Shown: positions 39,270-53,532, counted from the first letter of the stretch. The stretch is 64,000 bases of DNA from Octopus vulgaris (GCA_951406725.2 OX597827.1:73780001-73844000), one strand, 5' to 3'. Numbers and translations: made by a program. The notes: generated by a model not told the origin, from the sequence alone.

Positions 39270-41700
39270 GGCGCTGTCAGCACCGGACGTGCATGTGTAA
39301 AAGACCGTTTAAAATGTCCGTTTTGAACGCCTTCTTTTAGAAATATGTCGACTTCTCCAACTTGAATCGGTAAGTGGATTATTTCTGCAATAATTAATAC
39401 GATAAACATCTTTTACTCACCAACAGATTTTAATATACACATCTTCACCACGTGGAATCTCGCTAACACGATTATAGATGAAACTAACATCACCACAGAT
39501 AAAACTAACACCACCGATGAAAATACAATTATTTCACCAGTGAGTAATTTAAGAAGACGTAAGGACTCTTTTCATTTTACTTGTACCCAGCAACTAAACT
39601 AAGATTTACTTCGCTGCTATGAAAAAGTTGGACATGTCCCTTCAATCGGATACATGAAGCGATTAAAACAAAACTGGGACGAAGCTCATCCCAACTTAAA
39701 TGCCTTCACAGCGAAATAACTCCGACAGCAAACATCTTTTATGAAAAAAAGTCAACTAAACCTCGATCCTCCCAAAACACTGAGAATGGGACAAAATCTG
39801 CCAGAAGCGGCGTTAAAAATAATGTAAACAAACCATCGCTCCCGCCATCGCTAAATTCGAGTGTATCTCCAACCTTGGCAGACACAAGAGCGAAGACTGC
39901 GGAATACGACCAACTCAAGAACATTTTAAAGTTACAATTCGCAAAACATTTTGCTACTTTCTCGAAGTTTTCGTTGAGCAGCAGACCATTCCGATCGACA
40001 GTGAGAAAAACTCCGACCGATCTAATGTTTAAAGTTATCAACGATGTCCCTGTAGATAACATGGAATCACGTGAAGTTAATTACTGAAATTTAAATAATC
40101 TTATATATACACAGCCGCTTTTACTCTTAAAGAACACCTAGGAGAAATCTACAGTAAACAAAGTAAAGAAATTACTAAACGGAAACAACCTAGATGGAAA
40201 ACAAAACTTGAAGAAAACATTAAGAATCTGACATTTTATAGGAAACCAGTTGATATGTATGTTCTGAAGGACTATAGAAGGTCAGAACGATACACCAAAT
40301 TGGCTTGTTATAGCAAGAACAATTTTTGTTGCCAAAAATGAAATCACCGAAATGGCAGGGAACTACAGGCCCATTGCTTGCCTAAACATTATGCACAAAC
40401 TGTAAACATGTTGCTGCAATCAATTCTTTCAGGACCATTGAGTTGAACACCATTGTGACTGATGAACAGACTGGCGGAAAGGACGGGGTGTTGGGATGTG
40501 CCGAACAACTTTTAACAAAGAAAGTTGTACTGTCTGAAGTACGAAAAAAGCGTAGAAAGTCTTGTGACAGTATAGCTTGACTGTAAGAAGGCAATCGGCT
40601 CTATCCATCATTCATGGCTGTTGAAGTGCCTGCACCTAGCAAAAGTACTTACCACCCTAAGTTTTGCTATAGAGAGACTCACAAAGACATGGACAATAGT
40701 TCTCATCCTTCCTTCCAACTGAGAACAGAATAATTGTTCCAGATAGTGCAGGCATCTTAAAGGGAATATTTCAGGGAGATAGTTTTTCTGTATTCACTTT
40801 CAATATGGCACTGAATCCATAATCGTTCCTACTGCAGAAAACAAATGGTTACATGCTAGGACCTTCAACTGCCAGAGATATCAATGTAACTCATAATTAC
40901 TTTGTAGACAAGCTCAAAATTTATGCTAAAAGTGTTAACAATACCAAAAAACAAATGGAATTAATAACATTTTCAGCTGTTATAGGCATGGAATTTGGTC
41001 GAAAGAAATGTTCATATTTGGTTTTAAAACGAGGAAAGTCAGTCCCCAAACCCAAAACCTGTGCATCAACTGTCCTCTGTCTCCCCAATTCCGCACACAA
41101 AATGTTAGAAGTACCTAGGTATAAACGAAAATGTATCCTATGAAGGCACTGTGAATAAAGATAGAGTGGCCCCAGAATATTACACTCTCCTCATATAACA
41201 AAACAATATCCCACAATGCAGAGCTGATCCCAACATTTGGGATACTTGATTGGTCTGTAGAGGAAATCCGCTCCATAGATATCAAAACCCGCAAAATCCT
41301 GACAGGAAGTGAGTAGCTCCACAGAAACAGTGATGTTTACACGCTCTACCTAAGAAGAAATGAAGGTAGTAGAGGCCTGAGATCAGAGCAGACGGACTTC
41401 GAATGAATGCCGTTTGGTATCACACTCAGTCAGCACTTGTTGAACAACAGCAGTAAAATTAAAAAGTAAATGCAATGCTGAAAAGTTAAGTGAGGATCAT
41501 TGTACGAGTTGGCAGTGAACTCCTCAAGAAACACACTTTCCTATACAGCTCAAAAGCTGATGGGCTCTCTTATCTAAAAGAAGGCCTGGATGGAAAGCAC
41601 TCAGCATACAAAATAACAAGAAGTCTATGCATGGATATGTTGCCCGGAAACTTGAAGAAGGCAGTAGAATTGGCATCAAGTGCAGCCTCTCTTGGACATA
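39270..41700 (+). mobile_element. Degenerate R4/Dong-like LINE
   Basis: IGYMKRLKQNWD, NYRPIACLNIMHKL, GCAEQLL, GIFQGDSFS, HNYFVDKLKIYA, GMEFGRKKC, KYLG, LYLRRNEGSRGL. Confidence 0.85.
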
Positions 41701-42249
41701 AGACTAGTACTTTAGTTCTTATTCTAACAGATATACTTTCAGTACATACCCCTCCACTGCTATTTAGTTCTCTTAATAAACAGAAACTATCTACGACTTC
41801 TAAGGGTCTTCTTATATATTCCAGAAAATCTATTTCCCATTTTCTCTTAGTGCTCATTGCGCCCAAGAATCGTCCACAAAACCTATTTTCTTCGTTAAAC
41901 TTCCTGTGATACTGCTGTACCTCTTATATGGCCCTTCTTTGTAATGAGTACTGTATGGAATTTCTTCCTATATCACTTCTACATTTTGAATAGGACCATT
42001 TACCTGAAGAGATTAGCATATTGTCTATTTTCGTTCGAATTAAAACTTCAATTTCGTTAAAATAATTTTAAGGCCATTTGATTCAATATTTTATTTCTAT
42101 ACCTGAAATTTCATTTCATATTCTAATACAGCTTCTGCTATGGAAGCAAGGTCATTAGCATAGGAAGGTTCCTGAAGAGCGACTGGCTTTAAATAGCTCT
42201 CTTATGACACAGAGGACCGTCATAAATAAATTCATCGTTGTACGCATTG

Positions 42250-42590
42250 TTACTCACGCGTTACTTACAAATCCCTGTAAATAGCTTGAACGACTCTCAG
42301 CATCAAATTATCTACTCGTTCCTACAGTGACTAGAAGAAGAAACACTGTCTAATGCTTTCTCCAAATCGACGAATGTGACGTTTAGTGGCTTACATTTAG
42401 CTAAATACTTCTATAATTGCCATACTTCTCACCGACAGGAAACCAATCTGCATCTCGTTTATGTTAAATTTCATCCTAATTAATCGATGTATAATTAAGT
42501 GAGTTTCATGCTTGATCCAGTAATTTGATGTCTGAGTTCATAATTCTGACTAAGGTATTTCCTTTACCTTTGCAATGTTTTTAGTAAATG
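42250..42590 (-). mobile_element. RTE-like LINE RT fragment
   Basis: Minus-strand KGKGN..IKLLDQA and KYLAKCKPLNVTFVDLEKALDSV. Confidence 0.65.
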
Positions 42591-42672
42591 AATGAATGAC
42601 ATATTTCTTTATCCTGGACCTAAAATAGACGTATAATTATACCGAATTGACAATTATATATCCACTATTCTA

Positions 42673-42730
<58 letters not shown>

Positions 42731-43307
42731 ACGGAGATGTACCCGCATAGCAAGTGACCTGATCTGAGATCGTGCGCTGGAACGAAAACAATTGCAGTAT
42801 GGAAAGTGTTTATAAGCCATTTAAAACACACAAAACCCGTTAGAGTCACTTCAAAATTTTAATTTAATTTGCCAAAATACTTTTGTCGCTTTGATACCGC
42901 AACCTGTCTCAAATATATTTTACCTAAACCGTCAACCAATAGTTATACATTTAAGCAATATTATGAAATAATAAATACAAATGACTGATATTTCGCCATA
43001 AGTACCAACGACTAAACGATACTTTCTATATGTTTGGCATTTCTTCTACATTTGGCTTGTCACGATTCATAAGATAAATGAAATAATGTTTTATTTGATA
43101 TAGAGTATTATCATAATGTCACATGTGATAACCAAGATATTACACCGTGAACCCACAATGCGCTTAGCAATCAGTTTTAATCGAGCTATGAACAGCGGTT
43201 CAGCAAAAAAAATAGATAAAATTTTATGAAAAAAAAATTATTGCGCTCGATTCGTTTGCGTACATTTCCTCAATGGGGTACTCCAATATGGCCGCAATCG
43301 AATGACT

Positions 43308-43386
<79 letters not shown>

Positions 43387-43639
43387 CACGAAAAGGCTGG
43401 ATATGTAACACAACCAAACCTTTGTCATGAGGCTAAAACCTTTATTTTAGGCTATGAATAAAAGAAAATGTGGCGTTCATTCTTTTACTAAGAGTATTGG
43501 ATTCAAATTCTCTTTCCAGCTGGTGAAGACATGTATTCACCTCTTCAGACAGTGTCTCTATAATACTCTATCATACCCCTCAATAGTGTACCACACATCT
43601 CCTGCTACTGCTAATTAAGTCTTCTAAATCACGGATTTT

Positions 43640-43900
43640 CCGAAGACGGTGGGTCGATTACATCGACCCCAGTGTTCAACCGGTAGTTATTTAATCGTCC
43701 TCGAAAGAATGAAAGAAAAAGTCAACTCCATCGGCATTTGAACTCAGAACGTGTACTTGGGCAGAAAAAACCACTAAGTACTATTACCAGCGAGAAAAAG
43801 TCAAAGTCGACCTCAGCGACAATTTGAACTCGGAATGTAAAGACGGAAGAAATTCCGCTAAGGACTTTTGCCGGTCGTCCTAATGATTCCGCTTGCTTTG
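43640..43900 (-). mobile_element. Partial tRNA-derived SINE copies
   Basis: gtcgattacatcgaccccagtg...aaagtcgacctcagcgacaatttgaactc. Confidence 0.7.
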
Positions 43901-44012
43901 TTACGACGGTAAATGAGATGTCTTAGTGAGAAGTAAATATATATTGTTTAGATTAGTGCATTCGATCTTCAACGTGACTTCTCATCTACCTTATATCTAT
44001 GATGTATATATA

Positions 44013-45189
44013 CAGGGGTTGGACAAAATAATGCAAACGCCAACTATTATAGCATCAAAAGTTTGAAATATCTATAAAAACCATCAAAAACTTATTTTTA
44101 TATATTTTCTGATTTATTATTGTCGCATAATATGTCTTGCTAAAATTGCTGCTTCTTTTCAGTTACCATTAGGAAAAGGTAATCAAAATTCATTAATATA
44201 ACAGTTCTATTGGACTTTCAAAGAGGTCGAATTGTTGGTGCTCATATGACAGGTGCTAACATAACAAAAACAGCCGAAATGTTTAGTTTATGAAGAAATA
44301 CTATTCTGAAAGTAATGCAGCCTTTGAGAAAGTGGGAAAAACCTCCTCTTCGAAATAAAACTCCGGAAGAGAACCAAAACTTTCAGATACGCGAATTGTT
44401 AGAATTGATCACAAAAGTACAGTTCCCAAAATTGCTGCAGAGTTCAATGACCATATTGGGAACCCTGTTTCCACAAAAAACTGTTTGCAGGGAGCTGCAC
44501 AAAGCCGGATTTCACGTGAGGGCTACAATCAGAAAACGACTACTTTCAAAATCAAACGTCGCAAAGCGTTTAGAGTGGAGTAAAAAACTACAGAATTGGT
44601 CCTTACAGCACCCTTTCCCTTACTTCCGACGACCGGTCGAGTATACGTGTGCAGAGAGCCAAAAGGAGCAAGAACCATTTAACCCAGACTGCTTTCTTCG
44701 AACTATTAAACATGGAGGAATATCTGGCAGAATTAATAGTAAAGGCTATTTAAGCATTTTATCTGATCAAATTCCTTATATGGTTGCAGAAAAGTTTCCT
44801 GGGGGAAACGCAATCTTTCAGGATGATAATGCACAAATTCACACAGCTAAAGTTGTCTCTGAATGGCAGGAAAAACATTCTAGTGATGTTGAAAAATTCA
44901 TCGGGTCACCTCAGTCCCCAGATCCCAATATTATTGAGCATTTATCGTGCATTTTATTGAAACATGTAAAGAGCCGATACCCTACACCATATCAATATCA
45001 TCACTACAAGAAATGGAGATTGTTTTACCTGAAGAATGGACAAAACTTCCTTTGGAAACAATTCAAACTTTGTACGAGTCCGTACCTCGTAGACTTGAAG
45101 CTGTAAGTACTACCAAGGGCGGTCCTACCCCATATTATGATAACTTGTTTAAAATTTCAAGATGTTTCCATTATTTTGTTCAACTCCTG
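44013..45189 (+). mobile_element. Tc1-family transposon, full-length but with frameshifted transposase
   Basis: TA-flanked TIRs CAGGGGTTGGACAAAATAATG / CATTATTTTGTTCAACTCCTG; FQRGRIVGAH HTH, IFQDDNAQIHTAK, PQSPDPNIIEHL. Confidence 0.93.
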
Positions 45190-45210
45190 TATTTATGTAT
45201 ACACACACAC

Positions 45211-45247
<37 letters not shown>

Positions 45248-45295
45248 TGTGTTACATAGGTATGTGTGTATATAGATATATAAATACATGTATTT

Positions 45296-45332
<37 letters not shown>

Positions 45333-45595
45333 CGTAAATACATATATATGTATATGTATAAATACATACACATACATCCATACATCCATACATATATTCA
45401 ACATACATAGAAACGCATGCATCCAACATATCTCAATATGAATTCACGAAGCATTTAATGAATCTAAGTTTGGAAATTATATTGGTTATAATCCAGTATA
45501 GTTCTCATCATGAAATAAACAGAAACATAAAGTAAGAATCAGATGCAGAGATTTAAACATAATTTTATGAAATGTATCATAGTTTCATATCATAC

Positions 45596-45730
45596 TTTGT
45601 TGACAATTGTAGCCTTTATATCCAGCAGAACATTCTTTTGGGCATTTTCCAGTTTTTCTGTTGCAGTTTTCGTCGTCGATACAATGACATGTCCCTCCAC
45701 AATTTCTACCAAATCTACCAGCTTCACATT
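45596..45730 (-). CDS. EGF-like exon type B, copy 2 (ECEAGRFGRNCGGTCHCIDDENCNRKTGKCPKECSAGYKGYNCQQ)
   Basis: ttcag acceptor, gtatga donor, 135 nt, phase 1-1. Paralogue of 48835-48969. Confidence 0.92.
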
Positions 45731-45994
45731 CTGAAAATATTAATACAAAACACAATAGATTAGATATTATTAGCTCAACACAATAAAAGTTATGGCTGTA
45801 AGAGCTCTCTTCTACAAATATATGTGAGATATCAAAGACACGCTTTTTTATAATCTTATCTTAAAGCATAACTCATGAGTTAACATTGAAGTAGTCTTTG
45901 ATGATAAATAGGAAAGTTGATTTACGCTAAGAAACACTAAACACTTAACACTAAAGAATTTTAAAATGTTGGAATAAAAAGTATTGGAAATAAC

Positions 45995-46123
45995 CTTCTT
46001 GGCAGTTGTATCCGGTGTATCCTGCATCACACACTCCTGAACACGATCCATTTATGTGGTTACATGTTGCGTTACAATGACAGGACTTTGTGCATTCGGG
46101 ACCAAATTTACCATTGCGACATT
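45995..46123 (-). CDS. EGF-like exon type A, copy 2 (KCRNGKFGPECTKSCHCNATCNHINGSCSGVCDAGYTGYNCQE)
   Basis: ctcag acceptor, gttatt donor, 129 nt, phase 1-1. Paralogue of 49231-49359. Confidence 0.92.
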
Positions 46124-46709
46124 CTGAGATAAAAAAAGACATTAGCCATGAATTGCTATTATAAGAGTTTTATGATATAGTATGGATGACTTAATATGCT
46201 AGATATTGTTATTTGTTTTAGCATTACATACACTAGATAGAAATGTGTATATACTTGATTCTTCATTGTATTTCAACGTGGATCAATGAAATGTCACTAT
46301 AGATAATAAGATGAAAGTATTCGCGTAAAATAAAATCCGATGAAATATCAAATATAGATAATTATAAAGAATCACAAGCAGCCAAACGACTTCCTTCCGC
46401 AACTTTTGCATACGTCCCCTCCCTATATCAGAAATGGTGTTCAATGGTGATAGAGATATTAATGAATGAAAGTTTGGTAAGAAGCTTGATTCCTACCCAT
46501 ATGGATCCGGGTTGGGACACCTAGAACCGCACAAACGGCTACCAACATACAGAACGGATGTACACTGGTGATGATGATTGTTAATGATACCTAATCTCAT
46601 TGAAATGACGTTTTTAACATGGATATTATAGCCTATCCTTTAGTTCAATCGATTTCTGTATGTCTTCTTCAAGTATTCTCATCTACCTTATATCTATGAT
46701 GAATATATA

Positions 46710-47915
46710 CAGAGGTTGGACAAAATAATGGAAACGCCTACTATTATAGCATCAAAATTTTGAAATAGCTATAAAAACCATCAAAAAATTATTTTTATAT
46801 ATTTTCTGATTTATTATTGTCGCATAATATGTCTTGCTAAAATTGCTGTTTCTTTTCAGTTATCATTAGAAAAAGGTAATTAAAATCTATTAAAATAACA
46901 CATCTATTGGACTTTCAAAGAGGTCGAATTGTTGGTGCTCATATGACAGGTGCTAGCATAACAAAAACAGCCGAAATGTTTGGTTTATCAAGAAGTACTG
47001 TCCTGAAAGTAATGCAGCCTTTGAGAAAGTGGGAAAAACCTCCTCTTCGAAACAAAACTCCGGAAGAGAACCAAAACTTTCAGATAGGGACTCCTACGCG
47101 AATTGTTAGAATGGATCACAAAAGTACAGTTCCCAAAACTCTTGCAGAGCTGAAGAACTACATTGGGAATCCTGTTTCCACAAAAACTGTTTCCCGAGAG
47201 CTGCACAAAGCCAGATTTTACGGGAGTGCTTATTCAGAAAACCACTACTTTGAAAATCAAACGTCGCAATTTTTTTAGGGTGGAGTAAAAAACAACAGAA
47301 TTGGTCCTAGAGCATTCTTCACCCTATTTCCGACCACCGGTCGAGTTAACGTGTGGAGAGATCCAAAAGAAGCAAGAACCATTTGATCCAGACCGCCTTC
47401 TTCCAACTGTTGAATATGGAGCAAAATCTGTGATGATCTGGGTTAGGGATATATCTTGGAAATTCCCCGGCCTAATTGTTTCCCTTCATGGCAGAATTAA
47501 TGGTAAAGGCTATTTAAGCATTTTATCTAATCAAATTCATCCTATGGTTGCGGAACTGTTTCCTGAGAGAAACGCAATCTTTCAGGATGATGATGCACCA
47601 ATTCACACAGCTAAAGTTGTTACTGAATGGCAGGAATATCATTCTAGTGAAGTGAAGTTCATCGGGTTACCAGTGTCACCAGATCTCAATATTATTGAGC
47701 ATTTATTGTGCATTTATGAAAACAAGTAAAGAGCCGATACCCTCGACCATATCGATATCAAAACTACAAGAAATGGAGATTGTTTTTGTTGAAGAATGGA
47801 CAAAGATTCCTTTGGAAACAATTCAAAGTTTGTGCGAGTCCATACCTTGTAGAATTGAAGGTGTAATTACTGCCAAAGGCGGTCCTACCCCATATTAAGA
47901 TAATTTGTTTAAAAG
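46710..47915 (+). mobile_element. Tc1-family transposon, duplicated copy lacking the right TIR
   Basis: Same left TIR and same upstream flank as the 44013 copy; FQDDDAPIHTAK, SPDLNIIEHL. Confidence 0.92.
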
Positions 47916-48050
47916 TTACATGTGTGTGTGAGCTATATATATGTGTGTATTACACTGATACGTATGTATGTACATATTATATACATACACACATAGATAT
48001 ATATATATTTACATGTATATATATAGAGAGACATATATATATAAGCATAA

Positions 48051-48082
<32 letters not shown>

Positions 48083-48086
<4 letters not shown>

Positions 48087-48367
48087 ATACAATATGTTAC
48101 ATTACTCGGTAGTCAAGATAAAACTCTGAGTTTCAGATGCCGAAGTGGAAATCCACAACACCATCTCATCGGTTATCTGGCTATTTGAAAACGCTATGAA
48201 AAAATATACCGTTAAATATTTTTTCATATATTTTTTCATAAAATTTTTTTCATAACGTTTTCAAATAGCCAGATAACCGATGAGATGGTGTTGTGGATTT
48301 CCACTTCGGCATCTGAAACTCAGAGTTTTATCTTGACTACCGAGTAATGTAACATATTGTATAGATA
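48083..48367. mobile_element. Near-perfect inverted pair of a Penelope LTR with a variant hammerhead (CCGATGA core)
   Basis: 48083-48205 is the inverse of about 48245-48367, and matches the LTR at 25145-25262. Confidence 0.8.
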
Positions 48368-48486
48368 AATTTCCTCTATTTACATAATATTGAGGTCTCT
48401 TTCTTTCTTTTGTTATCTTACCGTTTTATCAATATATATATATATATATATACATTTATACACACACACACATATATATATATATG

Positions 48487-48544
<58 letters not shown>

Positions 48545-48834
48545 TCTATATATATATATATATGTATGTATATGCATAAATACATATACATGTATATGTA
48601 CAAATACATATCCATACATATATATAGCATACATACAAGCGCATAGAACCCATATATCTCAATATATCTCGATATGAATTCACGAAGTATTTAATGAATG
48701 TAAGTTTGGAAAATAAACTGGTTAGTCTGCGTCTCCATTACCACGTTAATTAAATGAAAGGAAAGATAAAATAAGAATCAGATGCAGAGATTTAAACATA
48801 ATTTTATGAAATGTATTATAATTTCATATCATAC

Positions 48835-48969
48835 TTTGTTGACAAGAGGATCCTCTATATCCAGCAGAACATCCGTCTGAGCATTTTCCAGTTATTCTGT
48901 CGCAGTTTTCGTCGTCGATACAATGACATGTCCTTCCACAATTCTTACCAAATCTACCAGCTTCACATT
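48835..48969 (-). CDS. EGF-like exon type B, copy 1 (ECEAGRFGKNCGRTCHCIDDENCDRITGKCSDGCSAGYRGSSCQQ)
   Basis: ttcag acceptor, gtatga donor, 135 nt, phase 1-1, 8 Cys. Confidence 0.92.
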
Positions 48970-49230
48970 CTGAAAATATTAATACAAAACACAATAGATT
49001 AGATATTATTAGCTCCACACAATAAAAGTTATGGCTGTAAGAGTTCTCTTCTACAAATATATGTGAGACATCAATGATACGCTTTTTTATTATCTTATCT
49101 TAAAACATAACTTATGAGTTAATATTGAAGTAGTTTTTGATGATAAATAAGAAAGTTGATTTATGCTAAGAAACACTAAATCAAATGTAGAGAATTTTAA
49201 AATATTGGAATAAAAAGTATTGGAAATAAC

Positions 49231-49359
49231 CTTCTTGGCAGTTGTACCCGGTGTATCCTGCATCACACACTCCTGGACATAATCCATTGGTGTGGTTACA
49301 TGTTTCGGAACAATGACAGGACTTTGTGCAATTACGACCAAATTTACCGCTGAGACATT
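49231..49359 (-). CDS. EGF-like exon type A, copy 1 (ECLSGKFGRNCTKSCHCSETCNHTNGLCPGVCDAGYTGYNCQE)
   Basis: ttcag acceptor, gttatt donor, 129 nt, phase 1-1, 8 Cys. Confidence 0.92.
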
Positions 49360-49829
49360 CTGAAATAATAAAAACCATGTTAGCCATAAATTGCTATTAT
49401 AAGAGTTTTATGACATAGTATAGATGACTTAATATGCTAGATATTGTTATTTCTTTTAGCATTACAGACACTAGATAGAGATGAGTATATACTTGATTCC
49501 TCATTGTATTTCAACGTGGATCAATGGAATGTAACCACAGAGAATGAGATGAAAGTATTCGCGTAAAATAAAATTCGATGAAATATCAAATATAGATAAT
49601 TATAGAGAATCACGAGAAGACAAACGACTTCCTTCAGGATCTTTTGCATACGTCGTCTCCCTATATCACAAATGGTGTTCAGTGGTGATAGAGTTATTAA
49701 TGAATGATAGTTTGGTAAGAAGCTTGCTTTCCAACTATATGGATCCGGTTTCAATCCCACTGCATGTCACGTTGTGCATATGTCTTCTATTATAGCGTCG
49801 GGCTGACCAAAGCCTTGTTGGTGGATTTG

Positions 49830-49880
<51 letters not shown>

Positions 49881-50068
49881 CACATATATATATATATATA
49901 TATGTATATATTCATACATATACATATTTATTTATACATATAGATATATATAAAATAAGTAATCCGAATGACCCATTCTTGTTTTCTTTGTATCGTCTAT
50001 ATGAATTTTTTGTTCTCCCTTTTTTGTATCACCTGACTGTCTGGATGTTTTGCGTTCTTGTCCCATTT

Positions 50069-50121
<53 letters not shown>

Positions 50122-50329
50122 CGCCGTACGCACTCTTTAGTCTCCTTTATGTAAGTATACAGTTTTCTAAATCTTGCACGACTCTATTTCTGTCTATCAG
50201 CCCTTTTACGCTTATTTGTTCATTCCACTCTTCGTTCTTTCGTTCCCCCTCTCTCACATTTCTTTGCCTTCTCTCCTTGCTCATTTCCCTCCACTTTTCA
50301 CTTCACTCTGTCCTAGTTGAGTGATACCC

Positions 50330-51665
50330 AGCATGGCTTTCGACCAGGTAGGAGCTGCCTGACCCAGCCAGCTCTTACAGCCTTATGACTGGGTGTTGAA
50401 GCAGTTACTCGACAAATCAAATGTGGATGTAATATACCCTGATTTTGCAAAAGCTTTTGACAAAGTGGATCATGGTATGATATGCAGCAGACTGCGTGAT
50501 CTCGGCATAGCTGGAAAACTTGCAGAATAGTTACAGGACTTTCTGAAATATAGAGGTCAGAACGTTGTGGCTCATGGAGCCACCTCTATGAAAAACAAAC
50601 TCTGAGTGGTGTTCCATAGGGCACTGTCTTGGGACCACTGCTTTCTATAGTGGCATTCTCAAATATGCCCTAATATGTCCGGATAGTCACCCTAGCAAGA
50701 TACGCAAACGATACACAAGTCTCGCAGAAAATACAGAACCACAGCGATGTTGTACATCTGCAGCAGATGTTGGACTCAATATACAGATGGACTGACAATA
50801 ATAATATGCAGTTTAATGCTGAAACTTTCCAAACCCTGCGCTACCCGCGTCGAAAACTGAATATAAAACTTATAGGTTACACTGGTCCACAACAAATTTC
50901 AATCCTAGAGCCTAAATCAGTGAGGGACCTGGGGATCAACATGAGTGATGATATCTCTTTCCAATTGCACGTTTCCAGGATGGAAACAAAGTGCAGACGA
51001 CTGGCTGGATGGATCCTGAGAACATTCAGAATCAGAGATAAGGAACGATGTTGGTTCTCTGGAGGACATTCGTCCTCAGCCACCTGGATTACTGCTCCCA
51101 GCAGTATGAAATTACCAGTATGAAATTATCAGCGGACCTTAGAGCAATCCAGAGAAGATTCAGAAAGAAGATCGTCTTTTTGCAACTGATCAGCTACTGG
51201 GAAAGGCTGAAACAGATAAGATTCTACTCCCCGGAGAGAAGGCGAGAGGCTTATGCAGCAATATACATCTGGAAGATCCTGGAAAGAATTGGCCAAATGT
51301 TGGCATTGAAAGCTACACCAATGCCAACGAAACTGCATAGTGCCAAAGATCCCAGCAACACCATCGCGCTTCAGGACCAGTTACTGCAACAGCCTGGGGT
51401 TCAGGGGCCCACAGCATTTTAATATTCTCCCAAAGAGCCTGAGGAACCTGTACAATGTAGATGTAGGCGTTTTTAATTCAAAGCTGGTCTTCTTCCTGTC
51501 AAGATTCCTAGATGAACCTACCTCACAGCAAAAGGGGCAAATGAAGGTACCTACATCAAACGCCATTCTTCACCAAGTGTCACATTTTGAAGGAGACTCT
51601 AGTAATAACAGTGTAGCAAAACAGCGGTGCATCAGCATGGCCGTAGCTCTGAGCTGAAACTACAG
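50330..51665 (+). mobile_element. 5'-truncated CR1-like LINE
   Basis: QHGFRPGRSCLTQ, DFAKAFDKVDHG, SGVP*GTVLGPLL, YANDT, VRDLGI, HLDYCSQ. Confidence 0.88.
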
Positions 51666-51681
51666 AAAAATATATATATAA

Positions 51682-51772
<91 letters not shown>

Positions 51773-53532
51773 CACATATTTATATAGAACTATGTGGAGG
51801 CGCGTGACTTAGTGCTTAAGGCGTTGTGTTCTTGAGCAAAACATGGGAAAACATTGTCGTCGGAAGAGATAGATTTTGTTGGGTTTGAGTGTCAGAAAGT
51901 TTTCATATTTGACAATTGCGCACTGAGATGGTAAAACTGATGACATAGGTAATGAGACTTTGGTGGAGTTGTGTTGAGTGGGTGAAGAGCAGAAATTAAA
52001 ATTGAATGAATAAAGTATGTTGAGCCTCTGTGTAACAGTGCTTATAACTAGGCTGCCTTGATTATGAATGGGTGAGTAGCGGTCTCTTAAAGCCTGGAGA
52101 TTTTCTTTGAAAGGAGTAGTTGTGGTGAGTGACCTGCTCTAGAACAACTAGAAAATAGGCAGATAATGATATTCAGTAATCAGCAGGTTTGAGTAAGAAA
52201 AACAAAACAAAATGTTCATCCCAGTTGTAGTTTATCCCTCAGAGTGGCCCTGTTGGAACGGATATATCATCAGAGGTATTACTCATGTGGCCATCCAGTT
52301 TTTCTTTATATATTGTGTACCTAGTTTTATATTATCTAATCTATCCATTTGTTATTTCAGACAATAGTGTGGAGTGTAAGGGAAGATTCACTGCTATTTC
52401 TAGCGGATTATACAAACATTTAAATGTTTTCCGCTGGAACTGTTTATTTTTCAGCCAGAGCTGGCACTTATTCCTTCCTCGAAGTTAATTTTTCTGTATC
52501 TGTGGCGCCACTGCTTTCGGAACTGCTCCAAGTACACTAGCATTTGTTCAGCTATCTCGCATCCTGAATTGCTATGATTAGGTAGTGATCATTTGGTTTG
52601 ATCGGTGACGACTAAGTTTTGGGTTTTTTGATGAAAAGACGGCTTCTGCTCCCATTTTATTAATTAGAAATATGTATGTATCCAGATAATTAAAGTTAAT
52701 TGTAAGATGAACATCCCGGTTTTTTGTTTTTCAGAAATACTCTATGTACTGTTACAACACACATTATTCCAGTCTCCTTTTAAGGAGGTGAGGTATACTT
52801 CTCTGATTATTTTGCTGGTATTTCCATCATGTCGAGGGACCATGTAGGGACACTACCCATTTTGGTTCACGTTCAGTTTGATGCTTGGAGCACAGATGTG
52901 ATGATGATTAGAGGACAGGAGACATTGATCAATATATTCTAGCGGTAAACATTCATTAAAAGTAGAGCCTATAGCGTGTTTATTGCGACAATGCAAGTAG
53001 AAAATGGCTTTTTACATAGTGCAGAGTTCTGATTTACTTTGGTCATCTTTAATTTCGGCATAACAAAGATTCTAGAGAGTCTGCCTTTGCTGGGAATATT
53101 AAGAACAATATATATTTGAAACTAAGAGTAAATTGTATATTTGTAAACTGAACAGAAAAACTGAGAAACAACAATTGAGACCGAAATGTTAAAATAAGGA
53201 AAGACACAGATGAAGAGAAGAAAGATATTACAGGGAAAGCAATCTGTGCCATAAACAGTCGTAAGATTTCTAATATATTTCCGCATAAAAATTAATATCT
53301 CGGCGGTAATAGTAGAAAGTAATCGAGTTAATGAGACAGATTAAGTCCCATAGATTTTCCAAACAGAATATTAAATAATGATCATACCAGATCATATAAG
53401 GTTGATAATGTTAATATTCAAAGGTTATTGCGGATATGGATATTTCTAGAAACTGATATAAGAAAGATTTACAATGAAAACTAATAATCCCTCAGTAATA
53501 TTATTGAGCAGGAGATTAAAAGTTTATCTAAC

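Larger units (their letters stand above)
43979..46512. repeat. Tandem duplication copy (Tc1 + EGF exons B and A)
   Basis: Collinear high similarity to 46677-49750, from ttctcatctaccttatatctatgatg to atatggatccgg. Confidence 0.92.
46677..49750. repeat. Tandem duplication copy (Tc1 + EGF exons B and A), with an extra Penelope-type palindrome
   Basis: Collinear with 43979-46512. Confidence 0.92.

Noticed and set aside
42004-42102. Apparent minus-strand exon (ttcag...cag|gtaaat) between the EGF cassettes
   Set aside because: Stop codons in all three frames, no Cys pattern, and it lies among LINE debris.
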